From the IMG/VR virus record IMGVR_UViG_3300036781_000204, positions 1 through 55,361 of that record: DNA of 55,361 bases, one strand, 5' to 3'. Positions 18,984-29,070 of the stretch are shown here, in pieces (positions within the stretch are counted from its first letter, which is position 1; each line of letters starts with the position of its first letter). Below the pieces are notes generated by a model, which saw only the letters and a program-made list of their open reading frames with translations, searched no databases and had not been told where the DNA came from. The position numbers were made by a program, and so were the translations under genes. Source of the stretch: a virus. Lineage: Duplodnaviria > Caudoviricetes.

Positions 18984-19361
18984 ATGAGGCGTTCAAATCT
19001 CGCGTTGCTTATGTTGGCCGGGTGTGTGACTGCCACGCACCCAAACACCCCACCAATGCCGCCGTCCGACGCTGCGGTTGCGATGTCTCCAAAGCTAAAG
19101 TATTTCTCCTCCACTTCCCAATCGGTCCCATTGGTAGTGGTAAACCCCATAAAGCCGTGGTGGGTTCAATGGAGTATCTGTGGTCCAGATGGGAATACCA
19201 ACATGCCCTATCCAAATGTCGAATTCGACCTTGAGAAGCGTGACAGCATTGATGGAGCGTGGTATTTATTTTGCAGAACAAATCAACCCCCTGTGCCTTT
19301 TAATTTCGACAACGAACAGGGTTACTTTCGTGTCGGTTCCCATTGGATTGTTGAGCCATGA
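18984..19361 (+). CDS. Putative lipoprotein
   Basis: MRRSNLALLMLAG-C lipobox, then a Pro-rich linker. Confidence 0.65.
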   Translation: MRRSNLALLMLAGCVTATHPNTPPMPPSDAAVAMSPKLKYFSSTSQSVPLVVVNPIKPWWVQWSICGPDGNTNMPYPNVEFDLEKRDSIDGAWYLFCRTNQPPVPFNFDNEQGYFRVGSHWIVEP

Positions 19362-19702
19362 ATGCGCGACCATACCACGAAGACCCGCCGCCTCCAAAAA
19401 CAGATACGATTGTAAAGACGGCTAAGAAATCTTTCATTAACTGGGTTGTTCCAGCACTCTGCTTGGCTGTCTCGCTCGCCGTGTTCACTGTGGTTAAATC
19501 TTGGGCTGATGATCGCTACACCCAGAAGAAGGACGCCGATGCGGTGCAGTTGGTGGTCACTCGCCAGATCGACGAGGAACGGCAAAAACGAGAATCGCTT
19601 GAGAGAGAGCAATCCGAAATGAATCGCAAGCTGGACTTGATTGTTTACATCCTCCAGAATAGCGGCAAAGTTGACCCGAAAACATTACCGCCTGGACCAT
19701 GA
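19358..19702 (+). CDS. Single-TM membrane protein with coiled coil (holin/spanin-like)
   Basis: TM 'WVVPALCLAVSLAVFTVV' followed by a coiled coil. Confidence 0.6.
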   Translation: MNARPYHEDPPPPKTDTIVKTAKKSFINWVVPALCLAVSLAVFTVVKSWADDRYTQKKDADAVQLVVTRQIDEERQKRESLEREQSEMNRKLDLIVYILQNSGKVDPKTLPPGP

Positions 19703-20049
19703 GCGCAAAGTTTGAAATCCCCACCCTCACCCCACTCCAAAGGTATGCAGTCCTGACGGCTCTTAAGCTGGTTGGGGTTGCGGCTGCTGCTCATGGGCTG
19801 ACTCGACTCTCCACTTTTGTAAACGCCTCGGACACCATTGAGCTTTCTGTCGGACTTGTGGCGGCCATCATCGGGCTTATTGGTGGATACAAGTCCAACA
19901 CCGTGAAGGGCGTTCAGCAGGCCGCGGCCGACACGCTTCCTCCAGGAACCGTTCTGCCAGCCACCACCGACGAGTCTCCCAAGGCAACCGTGATGAGCCC
20001 TGAGGGAGCTACCGAGTTCATTCGTAAATCACCACCTCCAATCCAATAA
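19699..20049 (+). CDS. Two-TM membrane protein (holin candidate)
   Basis: Two hydrophobic segments. Confidence 0.55.
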   Translation: MSAKFEIPTLTPLQRYAVLTALKLVGVAAAAHGLTRLSTFVNASDTIELSVGLVAAIIGLIGGYKSNTVKGVQQAAADTLPPGTVLPATTDESPKATVMSPEGATEFIRKSPPPIQ

Positions 20050-20059
20050 TCACAAACCC

Positions 20060-20443
20060 ATGAGATCAATCAAATACGCAACGGTTGCGCTTTTGGCAGG
20101 AGTCGCTGCTTTGGCGCTGTCCATAACCGCCTGTAACACAACCCAGCAGCGCACAGTCTTCACTACCCTTGGAAGCCTCGAGTCCACGGCTACGGCCGGA
20201 GTGGACGGATACTTCCTGGCAGCGGTCAAGGGGTTGGCCGACACGAATGGAATTCCCAAAGTGTCAGCGCTCTACAATAAATTTCAGGTGGATATGCAGG
20301 CCGCAGTGCTGCTGGCCCAGAACAACACCAACGCGCTCGCCACAACTAATCTGGTGGCGGAGGCTGGGGCGATGCTCAGTGCTGTCGCTCAATACTATCC
20401 TGTACCCAAAACCCAAATTGAAAAAGTAAATCCAACGCCATGA
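20060..20443 (+). CDS. Putative lipoprotein
   Basis: Signal peptide ending 'LSITA-C'. Confidence 0.7.
   Translation: MRSIKYATVALLAGVAALALSITACNTTQQRTVFTTLGSLESTATAGVDGYFLAAVKGLADTNGIPKVSALYNKFQVDMQAAVLLAQNNTNALATTNLVAEAGAMLSAVAQYYPVPKTQIEKVNPTP
20072..20090. promoter_or_regulatory. Palindromic operator-like site, copy 2
   Basis: AAATACGCAACGGTTGCGC near the 5' end of the lipoprotein gene. Confidence 0.6.
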
Positions 20444-20676
20444 ATCCGATCTTAATCGCACAACTTCTCGTCACGTTTGGACCGCCGGCAATCACACTGA
20501 TCGACGACCTTATCAAGAAGATCGAGACGAAGGGTGATGTTACTGCTGCTGAGTGGCAAACAATCAGCACTGATGTTCGTCGCACCGCGAAGGACAGGAT
20601 GTTGGTGACGCTGCAAACTGCCGGCATTGACCCGACCAGTCCCCAGGGTGTCGCAATGCTCGCCGCGGCGTCGTAA
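20440..20676 (+). CDS. Hypothetical protein
   Basis: ATGA-coupled; amphipathic N-terminus. Confidence 0.6.
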   Translation: MNPILIAQLLVTFGPPAITLIDDLIKKIETKGDVTAAEWQTISTDVRRTAKDRMLVTLQTAGIDPTSPQGVAMLAAAS

Positions 20677-22542
20677 CTAATCGTATTTCAACTCATGGCC
20701 ACGGCGAATTGCCGTGGCCTTTTTCTTCAACTCATCCATCCAGTCGGATTTGAACTGCACCGGCGCCTGATCGCTGAGACGGTTGATTACAAATCCACGC
20801 CGCTTCGCTCCCTCCAATCCGACAGCCACAGCGTCGGCCAAGTCGGGCGAGCGTCCGGTCTTCAACTTCATGTTCGCCTTGGGCTCGACTTCTATCTTGT
20901 TCTTTCCAACGACGGTCCACTCGCGCTGAGAGAACTCCATTATGACATCTTCAGTTAGGCCGCGCCATTGTGCTGCCTCAACCGCGTGACGGACAGAATA
21001 CCACAGCTCGGTAATGAACTTGGAGTAGTAGTCCTTGCAAATCATTTCAATCTGCTCGGACACTTTCCGGTCTGAAGCATTTCCACCGCAGTCGATGGGA
21101 TTTGTGTAGACCGACCAAAGCCGTCCAAACGCGCTGACGAGTCCTGTTCTCATGCCGGAGTCGTAGAAGAAATTCTCCGGGACAATACCTCCGTCCAGGC
21201 ATCGCTTCATGACGAACTGAACGATCTGATCTTCAGCCTCCTCCTTGCTGCTGGCGACGATTGGAATCACGGTGGTCTCACGAAGCGATATAATGTTTCG
21301 TTTCGAGGTTAGTGACGGTTTCTGACTCACGAGGTTTTCCACGATAACCGTCCCTGGGTCCAGCGAAGTATCCACTTCTTCTCCGAACTCCAGCTCTCCG
21401 TAAACGCAACGATCACCTCCCACCCCCTTGTAAGCGGCGTCCAGAAAGGCAATCCGAGTGCGATTGGAATTCTTCCAGATCGGTTCCTCCATCGCGCGGT
21501 GCTTGATGCACATATTTCGGGTAAGCACGCGCCGGCTGCCTTGGCCGCGCGGCATTTTTCCCTCATCCATCATCGAGAACCAAAGGCTGTCTTTTCCATA
21601 GAACGCCACGTCGCGGTCGATCTGCTCCTGAGTAATGAGTGGAATCCCGAGTTTGCCGTCTAGGTTTGGTGAATCGCTCCCCGGAAGTTGGATGCAGATT
21701 CCTTGCGGTCGGCGCGTGGCCCACGTTTTTGTTCCCGGTCCTTGGTCGATACCTCCATCCCACCCACCCAGTTCAGCGGACGGCTCACAGAATACGCCGA
21801 GTGCGTCCGTAGTGTCTTTCGGGTTTCCCATCCCGATACCTTTGAAGTCGGGGTTTTTATCGAGGTTGGAAATCGCATCCACGAACACGCGCGGGAGCAG
21901 GCTCAACTCATCAGCCAACAGCCTGACCCGCTTGTTCTTCACCCCTGCGAAGTCGCCGAGGCCGACCATATCGTTTCCCTTTTTACAGGGCACACCGAGC
22001 AGACCATTGCGGAAGTCCCGCCCCTCGTCGGATTCCGACTTATCGCTGGTGATGATGCGCTGCCTTGACTCGATGATGTGACCCGGAAGCCACGATCTTA
22101 ACTTCTTTGCGAGCGAGTGGTGGCGCTTGATTTCTCCCCAGATGCGTTGCTCCAGCATCTCTCGCGTGGTGGAGCAGCACAGGACCGTGGTGCAGTCTGG
22201 AAACACGTAATAATCCGCCAGCGCATCAGTAGCCGATTCAAAACTCTTACCGCTGCTGGCGGGACCAATGACCCCGATGGAGCGGTATTTGATGTAGCAG
22301 TCGAGCTGGAGCTCATTCCATTTGTGCCATTTCTTGTGAGGCCAAAGCAGCTTTTGAAAATTTATGAAGTGCTCAAACATCCCCAGCCCGATGGTTTGAC
22401 CATGCTTTCCCTTCCACTGGCCACCCTTGGCGAGCATACTTCTCTCGATGTGAATCGGGTCTGCGGTGGTCGGCCAGTTGAGCCCGTATTTAACAAACGT
22501 GGTGGGCGCACGGCGAACGTAGGGCGCTGAAGGAGTAGCCAT
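20677..22542 (-). CDS. terL: Terminase large subunit
   Basis: Walker A GPASSGKS, Walker B LLADE, GNP coupling motif, nuclease 'FLDAA..GGD' and 'SPDLADA'. Confidence 0.9.
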   Translation of the reverse strand: MATPSAPYVRRAPTTFVKYGLNWPTTADPIHIERSMLAKGGQWKGKHGQTIGLGMFEHFINFQKLLWPHKKWHKWNELQLDCYIKYRSIGVIGPASSGKSFESATDALADYYVFPDCTTVLCCSTTREMLEQRIWGEIKRHHSLAKKLRSWLPGHIIESRQRIITSDKSESDEGRDFRNGLLGVPCKKGNDMVGLGDFAGVKNKRVRLLADELSLLPRVFVDAISNLDKNPDFKGIGMGNPKDTTDALGVFCEPSAELGGWDGGIDQGPGTKTWATRRPQGICIQLPGSDSPNLDGKLGIPLITQEQIDRDVAFYGKDSLWFSMMDEGKMPRGQGSRRVLTRNMCIKHRAMEEPIWKNSNRTRIAFLDAAYKGVGGDRCVYGELEFGEEVDTSLDPGTVIVENLVSQKPSLTSKRNIISLRETTVIPIVASSKEEAEDQIVQFVMKRCLDGGIVPENFFYDSGMRTGLVSAFGRLWSVYTNPIDCGGNASDRKVSEQIEMICKDYYSKFITELWYSVRHAVEAAQWRGLTEDVIMEFSQREWTVVGKNKIEVEPKANMKLKTGRSPDLADAVAVGLEGAKRRGFVINRLSDQAPVQFKSDWMDELKKKATAIRRGHELKYD

Positions 22543-22584
22543 TTATGCTTGATTGAATCACTCTGGAGCGTAACGTCAAGGCGT

Positions 22585-25287
22585 ATGGTTCCCAGCCAAA
22601 GCCCAAACTCGGATGTGACATCGGTGGACGGCGCCATAGACTTCTCTGGCGGAGTCAACAGCCTCAAGGTCACGACTATTCAGTCCCAGCAGAATCCTAA
22701 TGGACTCTCTCGAAACGAATTGTCGTGGCTCATCAACGGCTCCGTGCGGGATGGCGGCATCACTCCTCGTCCAGGGTGGAAGCCGCTAAAGCGACTGGGC
22801 AGTGGCTCGTTCGCTTATCAGGGCGCGTATCTGTATCGACCCATCGACGGCAGCGACCCTTACTTCATCGCGCTCATTGGCGGAAAGGCATACAAAGCGA
22901 GCGTGGACGGAGATGATCTGATTGACCTTTTCTCGACCGCGTATCAGTTGTCGGTGGGCGATCAACCATCCATCACGCTGAAGAATATCGGCCTCACTCC
23001 CGGCGATACGATTCCGGTTGCTCCCGACATCCAATCATTTTGGGGCCTGCCAGCGTCCTTTGTGGCCCCCGCCGCGAACGGCTCAATCAAGTTCAACACC
23101 AACGGAAATATATCGGGGGTAATCGGGCAAACCATTTTGTTCTACGGAACGATGTCGATTCAGGCAGTGTCATTCGCATTCGACACCCCATCCCTTTCGT
23201 GGCGTGCCACCCTTACATTGCTCAATGAGAGCTACCCGGCAGGAACGCTCGTCAACACCACGCCGTTTACCAACCCTCATGGTCCTCCGATTTCTGGGAC
23301 GCTGAATAATTTCATTCCCGGAATGACATTCTCTCCGTTCACTGCTCCCGCCATCGGTTCCACAGTGAATGTGGTTTTCATTTTTCCAGTGGCTACCCGC
23401 ATTGGATTTGGAAATGTTTTTTTCACAAACGACACTCAAATACTGGAGTTCAACATCGGACAAAACCTTCTTCCGGGGCACATCGGAGGAGAAACGGTCA
23501 CCTACGATTCCGGAACCAATCAACTCATCGACACAATCAGTGGAGTGATGTCCCTCCAAGACGCGAGGTTTGCCAATGGAATGTGGTGTGAAAAGTCCCT
23601 CACGTTCAACTCTGGAGACCCCGTTCCTGCTGGCCCGGTTTTTAAGTTTGATTGCACCGCCGTTCCTGGATGGGTGTTCGATGCGTTCACCGCAGTCAGC
23701 GGATTCGCCACCTTGATTGGTCGCCAGCCAAACCTTCACCCCGAGGTGGGGCTAGACATCGGAGCGAACTTGAATTTCTGGTTTGGTGGAGCGCTGGTCA
23801 CGAACGTAAATAACACCACGTTCGATAAGTTTGGAACCAACCGTCCTTTCTTTTGTCAGGGCAACGAGTTCCTCGTGATTCAAGCTGGCGACTACACCAG
23901 CCTCCCACTGTTCTGGGACGGGGCGGTCCTGAGAAAATCCATCGGCATCAACAATAACGCCGTGGCTCCAGGGACTCCAGGCGTGAACGAACTTCCGGCC
24001 GGTGGTCCGATGGACTATTACCTGAACCGATTGTGGTATGCACAGGTTGGAATCTTCAACGCTGGCGACATCAGCGGCGGAGGCTCTGGAACGGCTCAAT
24101 ACAATTTCCGAGATTCGATTCTAAACGTCACCGAGAACCCGCTCGTTTTGGGTGGCGATGGATTTTCAACTCCAGCCGACGAAGGCCCCATCACCGCGCT
24201 CGCCCACAACGCAAATCAAGACGCTGCCCTTGGTCAGGGAAAATTGTTCTCGTTCACCGGAAAGGGCGCGCACCAGCTTTCAGTTCCGGTCACACGCGCG
24301 GATTGGATTGCGGCCAACTCCCAAAACCAACCGCTCCTTGTTCCAGTGCAGCTCGCCAACGGCACGGCCTCTGACAGGTCAGTCGTGGCGGTGAATGGAG
24401 ATCTTTTTTACCAGTCTCCTCAGGCTGACACACGGACCATGAAGACGGCGGTGAGATACTTCAGCGAGTGGGGGAATCTCCCAATCAGCTCGAACGTGAA
24501 CCGGGTGAATCAGTTCTCGAATCAGGCTCTCCTGGAATTCGCCACTGGAATTTATTTCGGAAATCGTTTGATGATGTCTGCGCTTCCGCTGCTAACCCCG
24601 CAGGGCTGCATCCACCAAGCGCTGACGGTTTTGGACTTTGAATCCATTAGCAGCTTCGGGGCGAACTTGACTCCCACATGGCAGGGAATGTATGAAGGCC
24701 TCGACATCCTCCAGTTGTTCACTGGAATCTTCTCGGGCCGCGAGCGCGCGTTTGCGATCACGGTGTCTCGAGTTGATTTCAGTATCCAGCTTTGGGAAAT
24801 CACAAAGGAGGATAAATTCGATAATACCGACTCTCGCATCCAGATGATTACCGAATTCCCTGCGTTCACTTGGGGGAATGAGTTTTCACTGAAGCAACAG
24901 GTGAGCGCGGAAATCTGGATTGACCGTCTCTACGGTGAAGTCACTTTTCTGATGGAATATAGACCTGACGGGGAATCGTGCTGGCAAAAATGGCACGAGT
25001 GGAAAGTGTGCGCTCCCAAAAATAGTTGTGAGAACACTGGGCCTGACCCGTGCACTGGACTGGTCAAGGCCATCTGTTATCCGCTGACCACGTTCGGAGA
25101 ATCGTATCGTCAAACGATGACGCTGCCAACGCCGCCAAAAGCGTGTGCCGGCACGAGCGGACGGCCGTCATACGTCAATTTCCAGTGCCAGCCACGGTTG
25201 ACGGTCAGGGGATTTTGCCGCATCCGTGGATTGCTCCTGCACGCCGCCCCGATTGAGCGAAAACTATTCACCGGAAAGGTTTGTTGA
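22585..25287 (+). CDS. Tail nozzle / stabilisation protein (tail tubular B-like) with a large internal insertion
   Basis: ~900 aa beta-rich; 'DFSGG...N...PRPG' N-terminus typical of podovirus nozzle proteins; start at ATG 22585. Confidence 0.6.
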   Translation: MVPSQSPNSDVTSVDGAIDFSGGVNSLKVTTIQSQQNPNGLSRNELSWLINGSVRDGGITPRPGWKPLKRLGSGSFAYQGAYLYRPIDGSDPYFIALIGGKAYKASVDGDDLIDLFSTAYQLSVGDQPSITLKNIGLTPGDTIPVAPDIQSFWGLPASFVAPAANGSIKFNTNGNISGVIGQTILFYGTMSIQAVSFAFDTPSLSWRATLTLLNESYPAGTLVNTTPFTNPHGPPISGTLNNFIPGMTFSPFTAPAIGSTVNVVFIFPVATRIGFGNVFFTNDTQILEFNIGQNLLPGHIGGETVTYDSGTNQLIDTISGVMSLQDARFANGMWCEKSLTFNSGDPVPAGPVFKFDCTAVPGWVFDAFTAVSGFATLIGRQPNLHPEVGLDIGANLNFWFGGALVTNVNNTTFDKFGTNRPFFCQGNEFLVIQAGDYTSLPLFWDGAVLRKSIGINNNAVAPGTPGVNELPAGGPMDYYLNRLWYAQVGIFNAGDISGGGSGTAQYNFRDSILNVTENPLVLGGDGFSTPADEGPITALAHNANQDAALGQGKLFSFTGKGAHQLSVPVTRADWIAANSQNQPLLVPVQLANGTASDRSVVAVNGDLFYQSPQADTRTMKTAVRYFSEWGNLPISSNVNRVNQFSNQALLEFATGIYFGNRLMMSALPLLTPQGCIHQALTVLDFESISSFGANLTPTWQGMYEGLDILQLFTGIFSGRERAFAITVSRVDFSIQLWEITKEDKFDNTDSRIQMITEFPAFTWGNEFSLKQQVSAEIWIDRLYGEVTFLMEYRPDGESCWQKWHEWKVCAPKNSCENTGPDPCTGLVKAICYPLTTFGESYRQTMTLPTPPKACAGTSGRPSYVNFQCQPRLTVRGFCRIRGLLLHAAPIERKLFTGKVC

Positions 25288-25288
25288 T

Positions 25289-26662
25289 ATGGCAAAATTT
25301 CCATGCTCAAGTCCGGCCAGTCTGTGCGATCAATCGCCCAACCCAATCACGACGTATTCAAGTGAAGCGATTGACGGCCCCACGTTCATCGGTATCGCCT
25401 GGAGTCAGGTCAAGCCGCTGCTCGGGAAGGTGTTCACGGTTTATCCGTGCGAAGCGATCTGTGAGTCTCAAGTGTCCCAGTTGGATGCCAACCAATGCGC
25501 TGCCCGAAACGTGGTGGGCTGCGCGGACACGTGCGCCCCGCTATTCAACAGCACGACACAATCAGCCTCACTGAACTGTGCCGACGGAACACCCTACTCA
25601 TTTTCAGTTTCGGCAGGACAATTCACGGCGCTCAGTCAGCTCGAGGCCGACCGGCTGGCATTCCAGTTCGCGGCTCAATTCCTCCAACTCCATTCGATAT
25701 GTATGTCCGGACTCGCCCCGCTGTCTATCTGCCTCGAAGACTTTTACGTGGGTCAGATTGTTCTGAGTGGAACCGATGCTCCATTCTCAGCCGCAGTGAT
25801 CGCTGGATCGCTCCCTCCTGGAGTGGTGATGGATGTTCAATCGGGCCAAATATCGTTTTCCGGACAACCCACTCAGGCTGGGGTTTTCACATTCACAATC
25901 GAGGCAACCAACTCGGCATCGATTGTCACACAGAAGACCTTCACGGTGGCAGTTGGACAGATCATCACGGACAGCCCGCTGCCCGATGGAACTCCAGGAA
26001 CTGATTACTCAGTGCAGTTCCAAGCGTTCACGAACCCTGATTTCAGTGTAACATGGCAGGTTACAGATGGGACACTCCCTGACGGTCTCGCGCTCGACCC
26101 GGATACTGGAGTCCTTAGTGGAAATCCAACCACTCCGGGAGACAGCGACTTCACAGTGTCAGTCACGAATGGTCCCGCCACTTGCTCGAAGGAGTTTGCG
26201 ATGACCGTGATCTCCAGCTCTAACGTCTGCGATGACGGCCTTGGAGACTTGGGGAATAACTGCTATGCGATTTCAGGATATTTTGATGGGCTCGTGCCGA
26301 ACACTTCAGCCAACCCTCCGGGTGATACCGTATATGACGGAACCTTTAAATTCTTCGACCCCGACCAAGGGGACCAGGGATTCTGGTTTGGAGCGGACGT
26401 TACTGATACCAATTTGGCAATGGTTGGTCAGTTCCTTTGCAACGTGCAGTTGCAGTTTCGGGGCTGCACAGATGAAATCCCGCTGTGGAGGATTCAATTT
26501 GACATCAATTCGGACGACTGGCGCGGTGAAAAAGGCGAGGGCAATACCCCAGAGGGGGTTTACACTAAGGTTGCCGGTTCCGCTCCTGGACCAGCCACGC
26601 TGACGATTGTTAAAATTGCGGGAGTGACAACCGTTCCAGGCAATACCACCTGTTCATCGTAA
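25289..26662 (+). CDS. Virion protein with tandem Ig-like (He_PIG-type) domains
   Basis: 'GSLPPGV...SGQPTQAG.FTFTI.AT' and 'GTLPDGLALDPDTGVLSGNPTTPG...FTVSVT'; Cys-rich N-terminus. Confidence 0.8.
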   Translation: MAKFPCSSPASLCDQSPNPITTYSSEAIDGPTFIGIAWSQVKPLLGKVFTVYPCEAICESQVSQLDANQCAARNVVGCADTCAPLFNSTTQSASLNCADGTPYSFSVSAGQFTALSQLEADRLAFQFAAQFLQLHSICMSGLAPLSICLEDFYVGQIVLSGTDAPFSAAVIAGSLPPGVVMDVQSGQISFSGQPTQAGVFTFTIEATNSASIVTQKTFTVAVGQIITDSPLPDGTPGTDYSVQFQAFTNPDFSVTWQVTDGTLPDGLALDPDTGVLSGNPTTPGDSDFTVSVTNGPATCSKEFAMTVISSSNVCDDGLGDLGNNCYAISGYFDGLVPNTSANPPGDTVYDGTFKFFDPDQGDQGFWFGADVTDTNLAMVGQFLCNVQLQFRGCTDEIPLWRIQFDINSDDWRGEKGEGNTPEGVYTKVAGSAPGPATLTIVKIAGVTTVPGNTTCSS

Positions 26663-26665
26663 TGC

Positions 26666-26694
26666 TTGCATTTATCAATGATTCAGCCTAAGAC
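26666..26694 (+). promoter_or_regulatory. Putative leaderless promoter
   Basis: TTGCAT-N17-TAAGAC-N6-ATG(26701). Confidence 0.5.
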
Positions 26695-26700
26695 CATCGT

Positions 26701-27792
26701 ATGCCGCGACTGAGACTTTACGACTGCCGAATCAGCAGGCTCCCGACATTGATCGGGAAGTGTCAGGCCGACATCCCCGAAATCTCTGATGCAGTGAACG
26801 CGGCGCAGCGCCGGCTGCTTTACGCGAAGGAGGCTTCCGATGAATCCTGGTGGGGAACTTGGGCGGAAGTTCGTCTCAATGTTTCACGCAATGAGCCCTA
26901 CCTGACGCTGCCCCGAGAGATTGCCCGTTTGGAAGCAATTGTCGTTTGTGGCCGGCCTATCCAGTTGTTCAACCAGTTCTACGAATATCTCCAGTTCGGA
27001 AATGGACGCATGACGAAAGGCTGTCAAAGCCAGCACTGGAACGGTGGACACCGACTGCACGCGGCCTACACGCGGAACAACGCTGTCCTGTTCACTGACC
27101 TTCATCCGTCCCCGCAGATGATTGTGATCTTCCCGACGAATGCCGCTGATGCCACGGGGACTTCCCGAGTGCTGTTGCAAGGTCTGGACCAGAACGGGAT
27201 TCGGATTTATTCGCAGGATGGCGGCAACCAAATCGACGGCATATTTGTCACTATTGCATCCCCGTTCGTAGTCGCGCCGATTCAGTTCAGCCAGATCACC
27301 GGAGTCCAGAAGGACGTGACGCAAGGGCCAGTTCAGATTTTCCAGCAGGACCCGGTTACCGCGGCACAATCAATCCTGCTCTCGATGGAGCCCGGCGAAA
27401 CCGTTGCGTCATACCGACGCTACTATTTCGACAATCTTCCGTGCAGTTGCCGGCCGCCGATTTCACACAATCTGTGCCTGACCAGCAACCCGCAGCTACC
27501 ACCACCCCAAGTTATCGCGCTGGCGAAGCTGGAGCTGATTCCAGTTGTCACCGACACCGACTATCTGCTGATTCAGAATTTGGAAGCGATCACGGAGGAG
27601 TGCCAGTCGGCTCGGTATGCAGAGATGGACACGGCGGCTGCACAGCAGTTAGCTGCCGTCCACCACACCAACGCGATTCGATTGCTCAATGGCGAGCTTG
27701 GTCACTATAATGGCGTGAATAAGCCGGCGGTGGGGGTGCATCCTTTCGGCTCGGCAAGGCTCGTAAGGCAGCGCATCGGAACCCTTTACTAA
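26701..27792 (+). CDS. Head-tail adaptor / tail tubular A-like protein
   Basis: 'AVNAAQRRLL...YLTLPREI' pattern and position in the tail module. Confidence 0.55.
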   Translation: MPRLRLYDCRISRLPTLIGKCQADIPEISDAVNAAQRRLLYAKEASDESWWGTWAEVRLNVSRNEPYLTLPREIARLEAIVVCGRPIQLFNQFYEYLQFGNGRMTKGCQSQHWNGGHRLHAAYTRNNAVLFTDLHPSPQMIVIFPTNAADATGTSRVLLQGLDQNGIRIYSQDGGNQIDGIFVTIASPFVVAPIQFSQITGVQKDVTQGPVQIFQQDPVTAAQSILLSMEPGETVASYRRYYFDNLPCSCRPPISHNLCLTSNPQLPPPQVIALAKLELIPVVTDTDYLLIQNLEAITEECQSARYAEMDTAAAQQLAAVHHTNAIRLLNGELGHYNGVNKPAVGVHPFGSARLVRQRIGTLY

Positions 27793-27804
27793 TATATTAC
27801 TAAT

Positions 27805-28491
27805 ATGGCTTCTGGATTCAACTTTGGAGGTGGTTACACACCCGCATACGGCGGCATTCCAGGAGTTCCAGACCCGACCAGCTCGGCCGCTGGAGCCATC
27901 GCGGGTAACAGCGCAAACCTTCCCGGCATTGAGGGAATCACCGGCAGTATTGACACCGCAAATCAGGCCCAGTTGGAGCAGAACTACAACATGGCCATCC
28001 CGAATTACGCCGCTCTTACTCAGCAGGCCAGCAATGTGACCGGCCAGGAATTGAACGGTCAAGTTCCTCAGGATGTGATTAGCCAGTTGCTTCAGCAGGC
28101 GGCCGAACGCGGTATCATGACCGGCGGCGCTGGCAGCCCAAACACGAACGCTGCCTACCTGCGTGCGCTCGGACTGACTTCGCTTGGCCAGCAGCAAACC
28201 GGCATGGGAAACCTAAGCCAGATCATTCAGGAAGCTCCCAAGGCCCCGCTGATGGATGCGAGCAGCCTGTTTGTTACCGCAGATCAAGAGCAACAGGCCA
28301 ACGCCGCGCGCGAGCTGTATGCCTCTGCCCCAATCCCTTCAGCAGCAGCAGCAGCGGCCAAGAGCGCTGCGACCGTTCCAAGCACGTCTCCCCAACCGTG
28401 GTGGGCTCAGGGAGCTGGCTATGCCGGTTGGCTTGGCACGGGCACCACCTCCAACGGCGCGGGCACTTATCACACTCCGTCTCGGAATTGA
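27805..28491 (+). CDS. Internal virion / DNA-ejection protein
   Basis: G/A/Q/N-rich low-complexity protein between tail and ejection genes. Confidence 0.55.
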   Translation: MASGFNFGGGYTPAYGGIPGVPDPTSSAAGAIAGNSANLPGIEGITGSIDTANQAQLEQNYNMAIPNYAALTQQASNVTGQELNGQVPQDVISQLLQQAAERGIMTGGAGSPNTNAAYLRALGLTSLGQQQTGMGNLSQIIQEAPKAPLMDASSLFVTADQEQQANAARELYASAPIPSAAAAAAKSAATVPSTSPQPWWAQGAGYAGWLGTGTTSNGAGTYHTPSRN

Positions 28492-28492
28492 T

Positions 28493-29020
28493 TTATTTAA
28501 CATGAGCCCAAGTTTTTCCAGAACAAACACACGCAACCGCGCTATGACTGACCCCGAATTGTTTTGCAACATCCCTCTGGGAGGTGCCGTTCGAGGTGAG
28601 TTCTCTTATTTGCCTTACTTTAGAGTCGTCCAGAACACGGTTAAAATGCTTTTCTCCGATTGGTCGAAACTGCCTTCCTTTATTTACCATGTCATCCATA
28701 TTGTCCTGTCGATTTCCAGGAAAGAGATGATTAGGATTGCAGCACCTCCGCACATCGCATTTATGAAGTATGTGGACGCCTTTTGGAATTGGACCGTTTG
28801 CAACCTCGTAAGCTACGCGGTGGGCACTGGTATGATTGCCATGTATTTTGGATTTTCCATATCCAGTTTTTTTGTTTATGGACATTTTCCAAAGCCAGCA
28901 CTCGTCATTGGATTTAACATCCACTCTCGCCCAAAACCTTTTTTCAAACGGGGGCTCTTTGGACCACCTTTCATTCGCACCTTTAATTCCCCATTCAACT
29001 CTTTGCTGATGTGTTTTCAT
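28493..29020 (-). CDS. HNH homing endonuclease (HNH_3 plus C-terminal HTH)
   Basis: 'ECWLW...GYG...AHRVAY...ILHKCDVRRCCNPNHLF.G..QDNM.DM'; inserted antisense in the structural operon. Confidence 0.9.
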   Translation of the reverse strand: MKTHQQRVEWGIKGANERWSKEPPFEKRFWARVDVKSNDECWLWKMSINKKTGYGKSKIHGNHTSAHRVAYEVANGPIPKGVHILHKCDVRRCCNPNHLFPGNRQDNMDDMVNKGRQFRPIGEKHFNRVLDDSKVRQIRELTSNGTSQRDVAKQFGVSHSAVACVCSGKTWAHVK

Positions 29021-29070
29021 ATCAATGGTTATATGAAAAACCAACATGGCTGTAAACATATATAACCAAC

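Noticed and set aside
28256-29065. 269-aa plus-strand ORF
   Set aside because: Antisense to a clear HNH gene; no motifs.
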